In this document: positions 17,616 through 27,700 of the stretch, piece by piece
Layout of the letters: each line of letters starts with the position of its first letter
Position numbering within the stretch: position 1 is the first letter of the stretch
Source of the DNA: a virus
Lineage: Duplodnaviria; Caudoviricetes
Strand: one strand, 5' to 3'
Length of the DNA stretch: 53,985 bases
IMG/VR virus record: IMGVR_UViG_3300045996_001810
Location: 1-53,985 of that record
Made by a program: the position numbers and the translations under genes
The notes under the pieces: generated by a model
Databases searched by the model: none
What the model was told of the DNA's origin: nothing
Seen by the model: the letters and a program-made list of their open reading frames with translations, nothing else

Positions 17616-17953
17616 CCGGAGCCCTCCGTTACGCTTTGGGACGGTTTCACGCCCCGCACCGCGGCCAGCATCAACAAGGCCCCGCTCACGCACGCACCGA
17701 CCAGCGCGTCGCGCTCCTCCTCCGAGAGCGCCTTCGCGTCCGGGTCCGCGATGGTCTCCCCGTCCCCCATGAGCAGGTCGCACACGTCGTAGAGGTCCTC
17801 CGCGGCCGGCCCGTCCAGGCCGATCAGGAGCAGGGAGAGCGCGGCGAACTCGTCGCCCTCCCCCTCCTCGAGCTGGTCCCGGTAGCCGGGCGCGAGCGCC
17901 TGGATGCGGGCGGCGAGCGCGGTCGCCCCGTCGAAGAGCTCCTCCCGGGTCAT
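17612..17953 (-). CDS. Hypothetical acidic helical protein
   Basis: 113 aa MTREELFDG..., overlapping both neighbours. Confidence 0.6.
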   Translation of the reverse strand: MTREELFDGATALAARIQALAPGYRDQLEEGEGDEFAALSLLLIGLDGPAAEDLYDVCDLLMGDGETIADPDAKALSEEERDALVGACVSGALLMLAAVRGVKPSQSVTEGSG

Positions 17954-18270
17954 CGGGTCGCCCCGACCATCGGCAGGGCGAGCACGGTGACGGCGGCGAG
18001 CCGGAACCGGTTGACGCTGCGGTCGAGCTTCAGGAGGACGCACACGCGGTCGTCGTCCAGGAGCAGGAAGATGCCCGCGGCCCTCGCTGACGGGCCCAGC
18101 CACCGGGGCGGGGTCATGGTCACATGCGCGCTGCGCGCCGCGCAGAGGGCCCGCAGCGCGGCCTCTGCGCGATGGTCGGGGACGCCGCGCCGCTCGGCGA
18201 ACCGGGCGAGCTCGTGGCGGGTGAAAGCGATCGGCCACCGGCCCACGGTGGCCTCTAGGACGGCGCTCAT
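17950..18270 (-). CDS. Hypothetical protein (FTRH..RF.ER, weakly RelE/BECR-like)
   Basis: 106-aa ORF; fold assignment is speculative. Confidence 0.45.
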   Translation of the reverse strand: MSAVLEATVGRWPIAFTRHELARFAERRGVPDHRAEAALRALCAARSAHVTMTPPRWLGPSARAAGIFLLLDDDRVCVLLKLDRSVNRFRLAAVTVLALPMVGATR

Positions 18271-18278
18271 CGCACGCC

Positions 18279-19289
18279 TCACGCCGCCGCCTGGGCCTCG
18301 GGCTCGGCGGCCGGCGGCGGCTGGAGCCGTTCCGCGGCCTGCGGGTACAGGCCGCAGTAGGTGTCCACGATCGCCGACACCGCCGCCGCCGTCCCGAGGC
18401 TGGGCCGCTTCGTGCCGGTGACGGCGCACAGCGCCTTCCACAGCGCCTTCATCGCGTCGACCTTCTCCGCGTCGTTCTCGGCGCCGACGAGGACCGCGAG
18501 CTTGCGCGCGAGGTCGCGCTGGGCGCCCTCCCCCATCGGCTCGGCCTGCTCGAGCGCGGCGATCTGCCAGTCGTTGAGCTGGATGCCCTGCTCGCTCTCG
18601 GGGATCTCCTCCGCGGGCGTCGGGTTGTACCCGGCGAGGTGCACCACCCAGCCGATCGCGCGCCGGTACGCGCGGCTCTCGGCGCGGGTCTCGGCCATGC
18701 TGCGGACGGCGTAGTCGTCGCGGTTGGCCCACGTCTTCTCCGTCCGGGAGCACATCGCTTCGGCGCGGCCGACGACGACCCCGGCGGGGGTGCGGACCTC
18801 GACGCACGCCTCCCAGTCGTACCCGTCGAACTCCGCGGTCGAGCCCTGCTTGGTGATGCGGACGCTGCGGCGCAGCGGCTCCCCGCTCGCGGGATCCCGG
18901 ACGATCCGGGTCCAGACGGTCTCCGCGTGGAGCGCCTGCCCGCCCAGCGCGCCGAGCATCGTCCCGGCGGCCTGCCAGCCGCCGACCTCGACGTGCTTGC
19001 GGTTGCCGCCCAGGTTCTTCGCGAGCCCGGCCTGCTCGATCAGGTTCGCGAGCGGACGCGCGATCTGATGCGCCTTCGCGAGGATCTCCTCGGGCTGCTC
19101 GGCGCGGATGACAGCGCCGGCGGCCCCGTCGACCACGGCGAGCGCGGTGCTGGCCGCGGGGGCCTGGGGCTCCTCGACGACGGTCCCTTCGATGACCGGG
19201 CCGGGCGCGTCGGCGGTCGGACGGTCGTCCGTTTCGCCCTGGGCGGGGTTGTTCGGCGCCTCGGGGTGTGTCACGCTTCCACTGTCCAT
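18279..19289 (-). CDS. Single-strand annealing (recombinase-like) protein
   Basis: AEAMCSRTE...SMAETRAESRAYR...AGYNPTPAEEI; GAGGAGG RBS. Confidence 0.65.
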   Translation of the reverse strand: MDSGSVTHPEAPNNPAQGETDDRPTADAPGPVIEGTVVEEPQAPAASTALAVVDGAAGAVIRAEQPEEILAKAHQIARPLANLIEQAGLAKNLGGNRKHVEVGGWQAAGTMLGALGGQALHAETVWTRIVRDPASGEPLRRSVRITKQGSTAEFDGYDWEACVEVRTPAGVVVGRAEAMCSRTEKTWANRDDYAVRSMAETRAESRAYRRAIGWVVHLAGYNPTPAEEIPESEQGIQLNDWQIAALEQAEPMGEGAQRDLARKLAVLVGAENDAEKVDAMKALWKALCAVTGTKRPSLGTAAAVSAIVDTYCGLYPQAAERLQPPPAAEPEAQAAA

Positions 19290-19401
19290 GAGCTTTCCTC
19301 CTCGTGGGCACGTCGGTCGGGCGGTGGGTCGCGCGGCCGACACTCTTCATTTCGTTGGGCTGGGCGTGGCGTCAGGGGTGGCGCCGCGCCCGGTCAGCGA
19401 C

Positions 19402-19620
19402 CTACGCCGCCGCGGAGGCGGGCTCTGCGGCGTCCTGCTCCCAGTAGGCGAGCACCTTCTCGGCGCGCTCGAGCACAGCGGAGCGGGCCGGGCGCAGCCC
19501 GGCCTCGAGGTTCTGCAGCTGGGTCACGCTGCACTTGGCGGCGATCGCGAGCTGCACGCGGGTCACGCCGAGCGCCTCGCGACGCTCCCGGAGCCCGGCG
19601 GCGGTGGTGGTGGCGTTCAT
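19402..19620 (-). CDS. XRE/Cro-like HTH regulator, leaderless
   Basis: LRERREALGVTRVQLA..AKCSVTQLQNLEAG; TAGGTT 7 nt before ATG. Confidence 0.8.
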   Translation of the reverse strand: MNATTTAAGLRERREALGVTRVQLAIAAKCSVTQLQNLEAGLRPARSAVLERAEKVLAYWEQDAAEPASAAA

Positions 19621-19704
19621 GGGCGGGAACCTACTCGGGCCCCCGGCGGAATCGCCACCACTTGACACCGTACCGTCACACACGCCCCGCGGCGGGGCCG
19701 CGGG

Positions 19705-19869
19705 CTACCGGCGGAAGAGGCCGACCAGGGCGGTGCCGAGGACCACGATCGCGCCCGCGACGATCTCGGTCATCTCCACGCCCGCCTCGCCGGCGACCCA
19801 GAGGAGGACGACGGTCGCGGCGCCGCCGACCGTCACGGTCGACACGCTCGTTTGGTTGCTGGGGTTCAT
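19705..19869 (-). CDS. Holin-like two-TM protein
   Basis: 54 aa, two hydrophobic helices and basic C-terminus, directly after endolysin. Confidence 0.7.
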   Translation of the reverse strand: MNPSNQTSVSTVTVGGAATVVLLWVAGEAGVEMTEIVAGAIVVLGTALVGLFRR

Positions 19870-20474
19870 GCTGTCACCCGCAGGTAGTCGCGGACCAGGC
19901 TCTTGGCCCGGACCTTGATGTAGACGCCGTCGCCGCCGGTCGAGGAGTCGCTGCGGGCGCCGGAGGCGCCCGTGTTGCCCTCGATCGTGGTGATCGTGCC
20001 GTCCCCGTTGTCCTTCACGAACAGGCCGGTGTGGTCGAAGGTGAAGCGGACCATGTCCCCCGGCCGCGGCTGGCTGGTCGGGTCCACGCCGGCGACGTCC
20101 ATGTAGCGGACCGCGCGCGTGTAGCCGCGCCGGACGATCGTCGACCCGGCATGCCCGTAGCACCAGATGTTGAAGTCCACGCACCACGGTTCGGGGACCA
20201 CCCCGCCCGCGTAGCGGATGATCTCCTCGACCTTCGCTCCCCGGTTGTTGCTGCCGTGCTCCATGACGCCGACCAGGCGGCCGGCCTCCACGAGCGCGCG
20301 GGCGGCGAGGCCCTGGGTCTTGCGCGCGGCCTCGAGCTCGGCGTTGAGGGCCTTGAGCGCGGTCTCCGCGGCGCGGAGCTTGCGGTTCCAGAGGCGCGCC
20401 TTCTTGCGGCGCAGATGGCGGCGGCCGCGCCACTTCTCACGGGCGGCCTTGATGACGTCTATCGAGCGGGGCAC
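19866..20474 (-). CDS. Endolysin, CHAP/NlpC-P60-type cysteine peptidase with basic coiled-coil N-terminus
   Basis: PWCVDF, PGD...DHTGLF, TIEGNT. Confidence 0.85.
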   Translation of the reverse strand: MPRSIDVIKAAREKWRGRRHLRRKKARLWNRKLRAAETALKALNAELEAARKTQGLAARALVEAGRLVGVMEHGSNNRGAKVEEIIRYAGGVVPEPWCVDFNIWCYGHAGSTIVRRGYTRAVRYMDVAGVDPTSQPRPGDMVRFTFDHTGLFVKDNGDGTITTIEGNTGASGARSDSSTGGDGVYIKVRAKSLVRDYLRVTA

Positions 20475-20495
20475 GCCGCGACTATCCGGCGTGTT

Positions 20496-20756
20496 TCAGA
20501 AGGCGCCGAACACCGCGGCCAGACCCGCGGTCAGGAACGCGCCCGCCGCCGCCGACGCCGTCCCGATCAGGAACGGCGCCCGCCACGCCTTCGCCTCCGT
20601 GAGCCCCTCCATCCGGCCCTCGAGCCGCTCCCGGAACGCTTCCAGCCGCGTCACGCGACCGTTGGTCTTGACCGCCTGGGCGTGGATCTCGTCGAGCTTT
20701 CGGTCCTGCGCGTCCATGCGCGCGAGCACGAGCTCGACAACGTCGGGGCTGCTCAT
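20496..20756 (-). CDS. Coiled-coil protein with C-terminal TM (lysis cassette)
   Basis: KTNGRVTRLE plus hydrophobic tail; upstream of endolysin. Confidence 0.7.
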   Translation of the reverse strand: MSSPDVVELVLARMDAQDRKLDEIHAQAVKTNGRVTRLEAFRERLEGRMEGLTEAKAWRAPFLIGTASAAAGAFLTAGLAAVFGAF

Positions 20757-20766
20757 ACGCCCGCGA

Positions 20767-22341
20767 CTATCCCGACGCGGTCGCCGCCGCTACCCGCGCC
20801 TGCAGGGTCTCGATCAGGTCCGCGCCGGAGTCGAACTCGACCGTCGTGCGCGGCTCCCCCTTCTCCACCCGGACCGACAGGCGCTTGACCCGGAACGCGT
20901 CCAGCCGGCCCGTGCCGTCCTCGAGCAGCGACCCCGACGTCGGGATCCCGGCGATCTGCAGCCGGTCCCGGCCCGGCCGCAGCCGGTGCGCCGGCAGCGG
21001 CCCCCCGGCCGTCGTCTGGATCATCGCCGGCAGCCGGCACGAACCGGCCATGCGGGTCTGCAGCTGCGACGCGGCCAGGGTCATGGTGCCCAGCGCGGTC
21101 GCGTAGTCCGCGCTCCCCGCCCCGGCGTCGATCACGAGCTGCTGATCCAGGCCCGCCGGGAGCCGCGGGTGCGTCTTGGCGACCTCGACCTGGCCGGGGC
21201 TGCCGGCGGCGTCGGTGTAGTTGACGATCGCCTCGTCGAACATCGCGGAGAGCTTCTCGGTCAGGTCGAGCTCCTGCACCTGGTCGTAGCGGACCATCGC
21301 GGTTGCCTCCGTGGGCGGCGGCGCGAACACGAACCGGGGTGTGTCCTCCAGCGCCCCGCCCGGCCACACGCCCCAGTGCCAGCCGCCGAGCAGCACCGCC
21401 AGGTCGTCGATGACCTGCTCCGGGTTGACCACGTCCCGGTAGACGAGGTGCGGCAGGGTCAGCCCGTTCTCGGCGATCTCGAGCTGGAACCCGGCGCGGC
21501 TGCGGATCGCGGCGTGCCGGGCGACGTCGGTCGCGTAGACGCCCTCGCTCGCGGCGGTCGAGCCGCGCAGCGTGAGGCCGTGATCGCCGATCACGCGCAG
21601 GTTTCCCCACTCGATCCAGTAGCGCATGCTCGCCTGGCCCCCCGTGACCGGATACTGCAGATAGCACATCGCGAACCGCTTGGGGCCCGCCCCGTCGCTC
21701 GTCAGGGTCCCCGACCCCGACGCGGCGGTCGTGAGGTCGGCGCCGGCCTGGCGGGCCCCGCCGGTGTCCCCGTCGAGCTCCCAGAGCTCGAGCGCGCCCA
21801 CGAGGTTGCCCGCGAGGAGGTTGCTGGAAATCGCGAAGTCGCTGCGGACCTCACTTATCGCGTTCCCAGGCCCGGCGTCGTACCATGCCTCGGAAGCGAT
21901 GTTCGTCGACCACGCGCCGACGATCGCCGTGTGCAGCTCCGGGCTGCCGGTGCTGTCGGCGATCACGGCCGGCGCCTCGCCGACGAGCAGCGATCCGGCG
22001 AGAAGCGCGGCGCGGCGGGTGCCGCTCGGACCGCGCCAGGCGGACAGTGCCCGGTCGATGTAGACCATCGAGTACGGGTTGCGCTTGAAGGCGACCGCCC
22101 GGCCGACCGCGGTGACGTTCGCCGAGGCGCGGGCGCCCTCGTGGCGCTGGCCGGGCTCCTCCACCTCCCCGTCCCAGATGGGCTCGACCCCGTCGAACAC
22201 GGTCACGCGCGCGCCGGGCCGGGGGGCGGGGCCCGCCTGGATCTGCGCGGTCAGGGTCTCCGGCCCGCCCGGGTCGTTGCTGGTGAACTCGAAGGTCGAG
22301 AGCCGGCCCGCGACCCCGTCGATGACGCACTGGAGCGGCAT
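20767..22341 (-). CDS. Minor tail protein (hub/Tal-like)
   Basis: 524 aa, beta-rich, second gene after tape measure in the tail module. Confidence 0.7.
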   Translation of the reverse strand: MPLQCVIDGVAGRLSTFEFTSNDPGGPETLTAQIQAGPAPRPGARVTVFDGVEPIWDGEVEEPGQRHEGARASANVTAVGRAVAFKRNPYSMVYIDRALSAWRGPSGTRRAALLAGSLLVGEAPAVIADSTGSPELHTAIVGAWSTNIASEAWYDAGPGNAISEVRSDFAISSNLLAGNLVGALELWELDGDTGGARQAGADLTTAASGSGTLTSDGAGPKRFAMCYLQYPVTGGQASMRYWIEWGNLRVIGDHGLTLRGSTAASEGVYATDVARHAAIRSRAGFQLEIAENGLTLPHLVYRDVVNPEQVIDDLAVLLGGWHWGVWPGGALEDTPRFVFAPPPTEATAMVRYDQVQELDLTEKLSAMFDEAIVNYTDAAGSPGQVEVAKTHPRLPAGLDQQLVIDAGAGSADYATALGTMTLAASQLQTRMAGSCRLPAMIQTTAGGPLPAHRLRPGRDRLQIAGIPTSGSLLEDGTGRLDAFRVKRLSVRVEKGEPRTTVEFDSGADLIETLQARVAAATASG

Positions 22342-24209
22342 CAGGCGCGGTGGTAAAGGAACCGCTCGGTCACACGCACGTCGACGCCGATCACGCCGTC
22401 CGTGGAGCCGCCGTCGAGGGGCAAGTGCAGCGCGACCACGCGCTCGGGCTGTGAGGCGTGCGGCTTCGCGAGCGGGACTCGGCCCGCGGTCTTGCTGTCC
22501 AGCCGACCGGTGAACGCGGACGCCGACGTCTTGCGGACCACGGCACCCGAGCCCACATACTCGACCTGGTCGGCGGGGTTGATCGCGACACTGGGCAGGT
22601 ACTCCACATCGATCGCCCGGAACGCGACCTCTACGGCGCCGGACGTATATGCGCCGTAGGCAGCCTGGCCGGCGAACGCGGCGTCAGCGGCGCTCGCCCC
22701 GATGGATGCGAACAGCGTCCCGCGGAAGAACACGGCGGCGCTCAGGACGGGCCCTTGCGCCCGGAAGCGCAGGTCGCCGTCCGTTATCCCCGAGGCGTTG
22801 CGGCTGGCGATAATCGACGCGGAGAAGCCCGGGGCGCCGACCCCGCCGTAGAGCAGGTTGAGCACCGGGAGGGTGCCCACGTACCCCAGGCGGGCGAAGA
22901 AGCCGACGCCCCCGCCGACCTTCCCGAGAGCCACCCCGGCGGTCGCGCCGGGTGTGAGACCGACCGCCCCGCCGGCGCTCTCGATGTTCAGGTCCGCGGT
23001 GGACGGGTGGCCGAGCTGGGCGGCGCCGACGAACAGGGCGCTGGAGGCGGGCGCCCCCCAATACAGGCTCCCGGTGATCGCCAACGGCAGCCGGGTCGCG
23101 ACGGCGACGCTCGGGACCGTCCACGCGCTGCCGTAGTCGTCGATCCCGCCGAACAACTGCTCGTCACGCCCGAGCGGTTTGCGGGGCGTGTCCACGGTGA
23201 TCGCGAGCCGGTCCTCCGGGAACACGAGCAAGTGGCTGATCTCCGCGCGCTGCTCCTGGGTGAGGTATACGCTCACGGTCGGATTGCGGGTGCTGTCAAC
23301 TGCGAGCACGCCCAGGTCGACGGTGCCCCACCCGGCCGCCTGGTAGACGGTGGCCGCGCGCGGCGCCTCGAGCGGCCGGCCCTCCTGATCGCGTGCGCGT
23401 ACCTGCGTGAATCCCACTCCCCGGCGGGTCAGCGCGAAGAGCCGATTGCGGCCCTCATACGTGGAGGCCGGGGACAGGTGCACTACCCCGATCGCGGTCT
23501 CCCCCGTCGTCGTGGTCGCGGTGATCGCCTGCGACCCGGCCGCGCCGGACGCGCCGACCCGGGCGGCGTTGCCCTGCAGAGTGATGCTCGCGGCCGGCCA
23601 GGTGTGCAGGTAGCCGGTCGGCACCACGGCGACGCCGGTGATACGGCCGTCGCCGGGGATCTGAGAGCCGACCCGGACGGCGACGTCCAAGAGCGCGTCC
23701 CGGTCCCCGGCGACCGACGCGAGCGCGGCCTCCAGGGTGGGGCCAGTGCCGGCGGCGGTCGCGGCGATCCTCTGCGTGCCGGTCGAGCTGTACGGGGAGC
23801 ACGTCACCCGGATCGTGCCGTTGACCCGCAGCGCCCCGGCCCGCCGGTAGTCGTAGTCGGGCTCGAAGCGGGCGAACAGGACGTTGAAGTAGCTGCTCAC
23901 GGTCGCGCCGTCCTCGCGCCACTCGAGCACCTTCGCGACGGCGAGCCGCCGGTTGACGTCGGCCAGGAGCCCGTTTAGGCCGTCCTTGTCGTCGGTGAAG
24001 GTGGCCGTCTTGAGCGGGGTGAGCGTGACCGGCAGGATGAACTCGCGGTTCCCCGCGGCGAGGCTGATGAGAGGGTCGCCCTCGATCCCGCCGGTCTGCC
24101 CGAACTCGGCCTGGAGGATGTCGGGGTCTGACGGAGCGAGCCCCTCCCCCTGGTTGACGCGGGTGTAGGTCCAGAAGTCGAACCCGTCGACGCTGAAGAT
24201 CGCGGCCAC
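22341..24209 (-). CDS. Distal tail (Dit-like) protein with insertions
   Basis: 622 aa; NREFILPV...VTCSPY N-terminal pattern; synteny. Confidence 0.65.
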   Translation of the reverse strand: MAAIFSVDGFDFWTYTRVNQGEGLAPSDPDILQAEFGQTGGIEGDPLISLAAGNREFILPVTLTPLKTATFTDDKDGLNGLLADVNRRLAVAKVLEWREDGATVSSYFNVLFARFEPDYDYRRAGALRVNGTIRVTCSPYSSTGTQRIAATAAGTGPTLEAALASVAGDRDALLDVAVRVGSQIPGDGRITGVAVVPTGYLHTWPAASITLQGNAARVGASGAAGSQAITATTTTGETAIGVVHLSPASTYEGRNRLFALTRRGVGFTQVRARDQEGRPLEAPRAATVYQAAGWGTVDLGVLAVDSTRNPTVSVYLTQEQRAEISHLLVFPEDRLAITVDTPRKPLGRDEQLFGGIDDYGSAWTVPSVAVATRLPLAITGSLYWGAPASSALFVGAAQLGHPSTADLNIESAGGAVGLTPGATAGVALGKVGGGVGFFARLGYVGTLPVLNLLYGGVGAPGFSASIIASRNASGITDGDLRFRAQGPVLSAAVFFRGTLFASIGASAADAAFAGQAAYGAYTSGAVEVAFRAIDVEYLPSVAINPADQVEYVGSGAVVRKTSASAFTGRLDSKTAGRVPLAKPHASQPERVVALHLPLDGGSTDGVIGVDVRVTERFLYHRA

Positions 24210-24228
24210 GCCGCGACTATCCGCCCCG

Positions 24229-24693
24229 CTAGATGCGGCCCGCCGCCGCCGCCATGTTTCCTTCTGGCGGGGCGCCGCCGGGCTGGCACCACGGATGCAC
24301 GCCCCGCCATCGCACGCTCGAGCGGCCGGAGGCGTAGACGACCTCGTCGCGGGTCAGCATGCCCTCCGAGAGCATCACGCCGCGGTGGCCCCGGTGATAG
24401 TGGTCGTGGCCGACGATGTGCCCGGCCTCGTGCAGGATCGTGTCGCAGAACGGCGGCCACTCGGCGAGCTCGCGGCGGCGCTGGTTGAGCTCCACAGCGC
24501 AGTCGCCCTCCCAGGCGCGCCCGAGCGCGTCGGCGCGCAGCCGCCCCCATCGGACCGTGATGCCGTCCGGGCAGGTGTCCTGCAGGGCGGTGCCCCACAT
24601 GCGCTCGGCGAGCCGTTCCGCCCGGTCGGCCCGGTCCGCGCTCGCGGGGGCGGCCAGGAGAAGGAGCGCGAGAAGGGCGAGCAAGAGGGGCAT
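24229..24693 (-). CDS. Secreted metzincin-type zinc metalloprotease (moron)
   Basis: Signal peptide MPLLLALLALLLLAAPASA; HEAGHIVGHDH...GVM matches HExxHxxGxxH plus Met-turn. Confidence 0.75.
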   Translation of the reverse strand: MPLLLALLALLLLAAPASADRADRAERLAERMWGTALQDTCPDGITVRWGRLRADALGRAWEGDCAVELNQRRRELAEWPPFCDTILHEAGHIVGHDHYHRGHRGVMLSEGMLTRDEVVYASGRSSVRWRGVHPWCQPGGAPPEGNMAAAAGRI

Positions 24694-24699
24694 GCGACA

Positions 24700-24729
24700 A
24701 CCGTAGCCCCCGCCGCTAGACGCTGTCAA
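24700..24729 (-). promoter_or_regulatory. Housekeeping-sigma promoter TTGACA-18-TACGGT, leaderless
   Basis: -35 at 24724-24729, -10 at 24700-24705, ATG 6 nt downstream. Confidence 0.8.
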
Positions 24730-24755
24730 TCCCCCCTCGGGGTGAACTCGTGTCT

Positions 24756-27700
24756 TTAGCGGCGGCCGTTGGCGGCGGCGATCAGCGCCCGCGTGCGCTG
24801 CCCCGTCCGCTGGCTCACGACGTCGACCGGGCGGCCGTCCACCGTCGCCGACGCCCGGCCGTCCCGGTCCACGATCACCGTGACCTGCGGGGCCGCCACG
24901 CTCACCGGCGCGGGCCGGGCCTGGCCGGTCCCGTACGGGCCGTTCGGGTCCGGGGTGATGGTCTCCCCCGGGTGCACGACGGCGAGCTGCGTGTTGCCGA
25001 CGACCCGGCCGCCGTGCGCGAACGTGCCCAGCGACCGCTGTCCGAGGATGCCGGCGAAGCTCGAGAGCGCCCCGAACTGCTGGCCGGCGAGCCGCTCCCC
25101 CGCGATCGTCTGCGCGCCGATCTCGGCCAGGATCCGGTCGCGTTCCTCGCCCATCGCGATCGCGGGGTCCTGCCCGCGGGCGTCCTGGAGGTCCCCGAGA
25201 ATGTCGAGCCGTTCCATGCCGACCAGCTGCCCGCGCGCCCCGGCGAGGATCTGGCCGCTCAGGGTCTCCATGAGCGGCAGGACCTCGCCCTGGCCGCGCA
25301 GCCCGGCCCGGACCTCCGCGGCCCACCGGGCGAGCTCGCCCTCCCAGAAGCGGTGCGCGTAGGACTCGCCGCTGGAGTCAGTCAGGGGCGCCGGGCCGGC
25401 GGTCAGGCCGGGGGCGCCCTTGAGCGGCACGCCGCCGAGGTTGACGACGTTCTTCGCGGGGACCAGCGACCCGCGCGGCCGCTTCGCGCGCGCCTTCGCG
25501 GCGGCCTCCGCAGCCCGGGAGCGGTTACGGTTCTGGCGGCGGTTGAACCTGACCCGGGCCGGGAGCCCGGCGGCGGCCCGGCCGACGCGGCCGCCCCGCG
25601 CGTACCCCTGCCCGTTGGCGTCGACGATGTGCCCGTACCGGGCGATCATGTAGTTGATCGCGGCGACGAGGTTCGCGAGCGGATGCCGCTGACTGTTGGG
25701 CAGGCTCGGGTCCCGGTAGGCCTGGAAGGTGGAGCCGATGACCTGCGCGAGGCCGATGGACGGGTCGCCGTTGGCGGCGTTGACGTCCCAGTTGTTGACG
25801 GCGTTGGGGTCGCCGCCGGACTCCTGCATCACCCGCCGGAAGAGCGCGGCGGCATTCCCGGGCGTGTAGTGGCCGGTCATGCGGAGCGCCTGCTCGATCA
25901 GCGAGCGCAGGGCGGCGTCGCCCATCGCGGCGCCGCCCATCTGGCCGCCCCCGCCGCCGGCGCTCATGTTCGTGAACGCCTTGGCCAGGCTCGCGTTCGC
26001 CCCCGCGGCGACCGCGGCGACCGCGGCCTGCCCGGCCGCGCCCACGGCGCCGCCGGGCCCCGTCCACTTGGGGGCGGCGATCTGCTCGAGCGCGGCCATC
26101 GCCCCGCCGCCGCCGGCGCCGAGGTCAACGTGGAGGTGGTCGAAGTGGTCCGGCACCCGCCAGAGCGTGTGCCAGCCCTTCGCGCGGAGCATGGCGTTGA
26201 GGCGGTCCAGGGCGGCGGGCTCCCCGCCGGGGAACGTGTCGGCGTTGACGTCCAAGGCGCCGGCCTTGTAGTGCCAGCCGCCGGGGGCGTGCCCGCCGGT
26301 GACGCCGCCGAACGCGGGGTGCTCGCCGACCGCGTACCCCATGCTCTGAATCCACTTGCCGAGACCGACGATGCCGCCGCCCTGCATGCCCTTGCCGTGC
26401 CCGCCGCCGACCCAGTGCGGCTTGTTGACGCGCTGGAAGAGCCCGTCGAGGTCGGTCCCGAACGTGGTGGCCAGGGCGGCGTTGATCACGTCCTGCTGCG
26501 GGCCGTTGACGATCGCCTCGCCGAGCCCGACCCGGATGAGCTGGGTGTCCTGCCCGGCCTGCCCGGGCTTGCCGATGAACCCGCCGCCGGCCTTGCCCTG
26601 CACGTTGTTGCTCGCGACGTTGTCCGAGTCGGCGTTACGCTTCCCGGTGAGGGTGTCCCGCCCGTCGATGTAGCGGCTAGCCTGCTCCCCGGTGATCCCG
26701 TACATCGCGAGGTTCTTGCGCATCAGCCGCTCGATCTCGCGCATCCCCTCCTTCGTGGAGAGCGTGCCCTCGCGCATCGAACGCTTCACGTTGATGATCG
26801 CCGCGTCGAAGTTCTTGGACAGCGCGCTCTTGCCCTCCGAGCTGGAGGCGTCCATCTCCGTCTTGATCGCGCGCATGCTCAGCCGCACGTTCGTGCGCAG
26901 CTGCTCGACACTGTTGCTGACGCCCTTGCGCATCCGGTCGATCGTGCCGGCGACCTTGAGCGCCCCCTCCGTCGTGACCTTCGTGTCGATCTCGACGGCG
27001 ACGTCCTGCATCGCGAGCTTCTGCAGCGCCTCGACGCGCTCGATCACCCGGGGGAGGTCCTGGGTCGCCGCCTGCCGGGCGTCGTCGGAGAGGTCGTCGA
27101 ACGCCTTGTCGATCGGGACGTAGGCGCCCTTGAAGCCCTCGCCGGTGTCGCGGACCTGGTCGCCGAGCGCCTTCAGGCCGGTGACGTCACGGCGGCGGAC
27201 GAGCCGGTCGAGTTGCTCGTTGTACTTCTCCAGCGCCTTGCTCTCCCGGCCCTCCTCGAGGGCGCGGACGCCGCTGTAGGCGGCGACCCCGGCCGCCCCG
27301 GCGGCCATCCCCCACGGGCCGCCGAGCACGCCCAGGCCGGCGCCGATCGCGCCGCGGGCGCCCGCCTTGGCCACCGCCCCGCCGACCGCCCCCCCGGCAG
27401 CACCGCCCGCGCCGGGGGTCCAGACCATCGCGCCGCCCTTCCCGCGCGTCCACGAGCCCGCCGCCGCCCCCGCCGCCGCGCCCAGCACGCTTCCGGCCCC
27501 GGCCGCGGCGCCCACCCCGCCCGCGACCGTGCCCGCGGTCTTCAGCCGCTTGATCAGCGTGTCGACGCCGCTGATCGCCGCGCCGATCCCCAGGATCTTG
27601 TAGAGGGTCATCCCCGCCAGACCCACGCTCAGGGCCTCCTTGAGGCCCGGGCCGCCTATGTCGATGAGCCAGGTGATCCCGTCGACGACGTCCCCGATCA

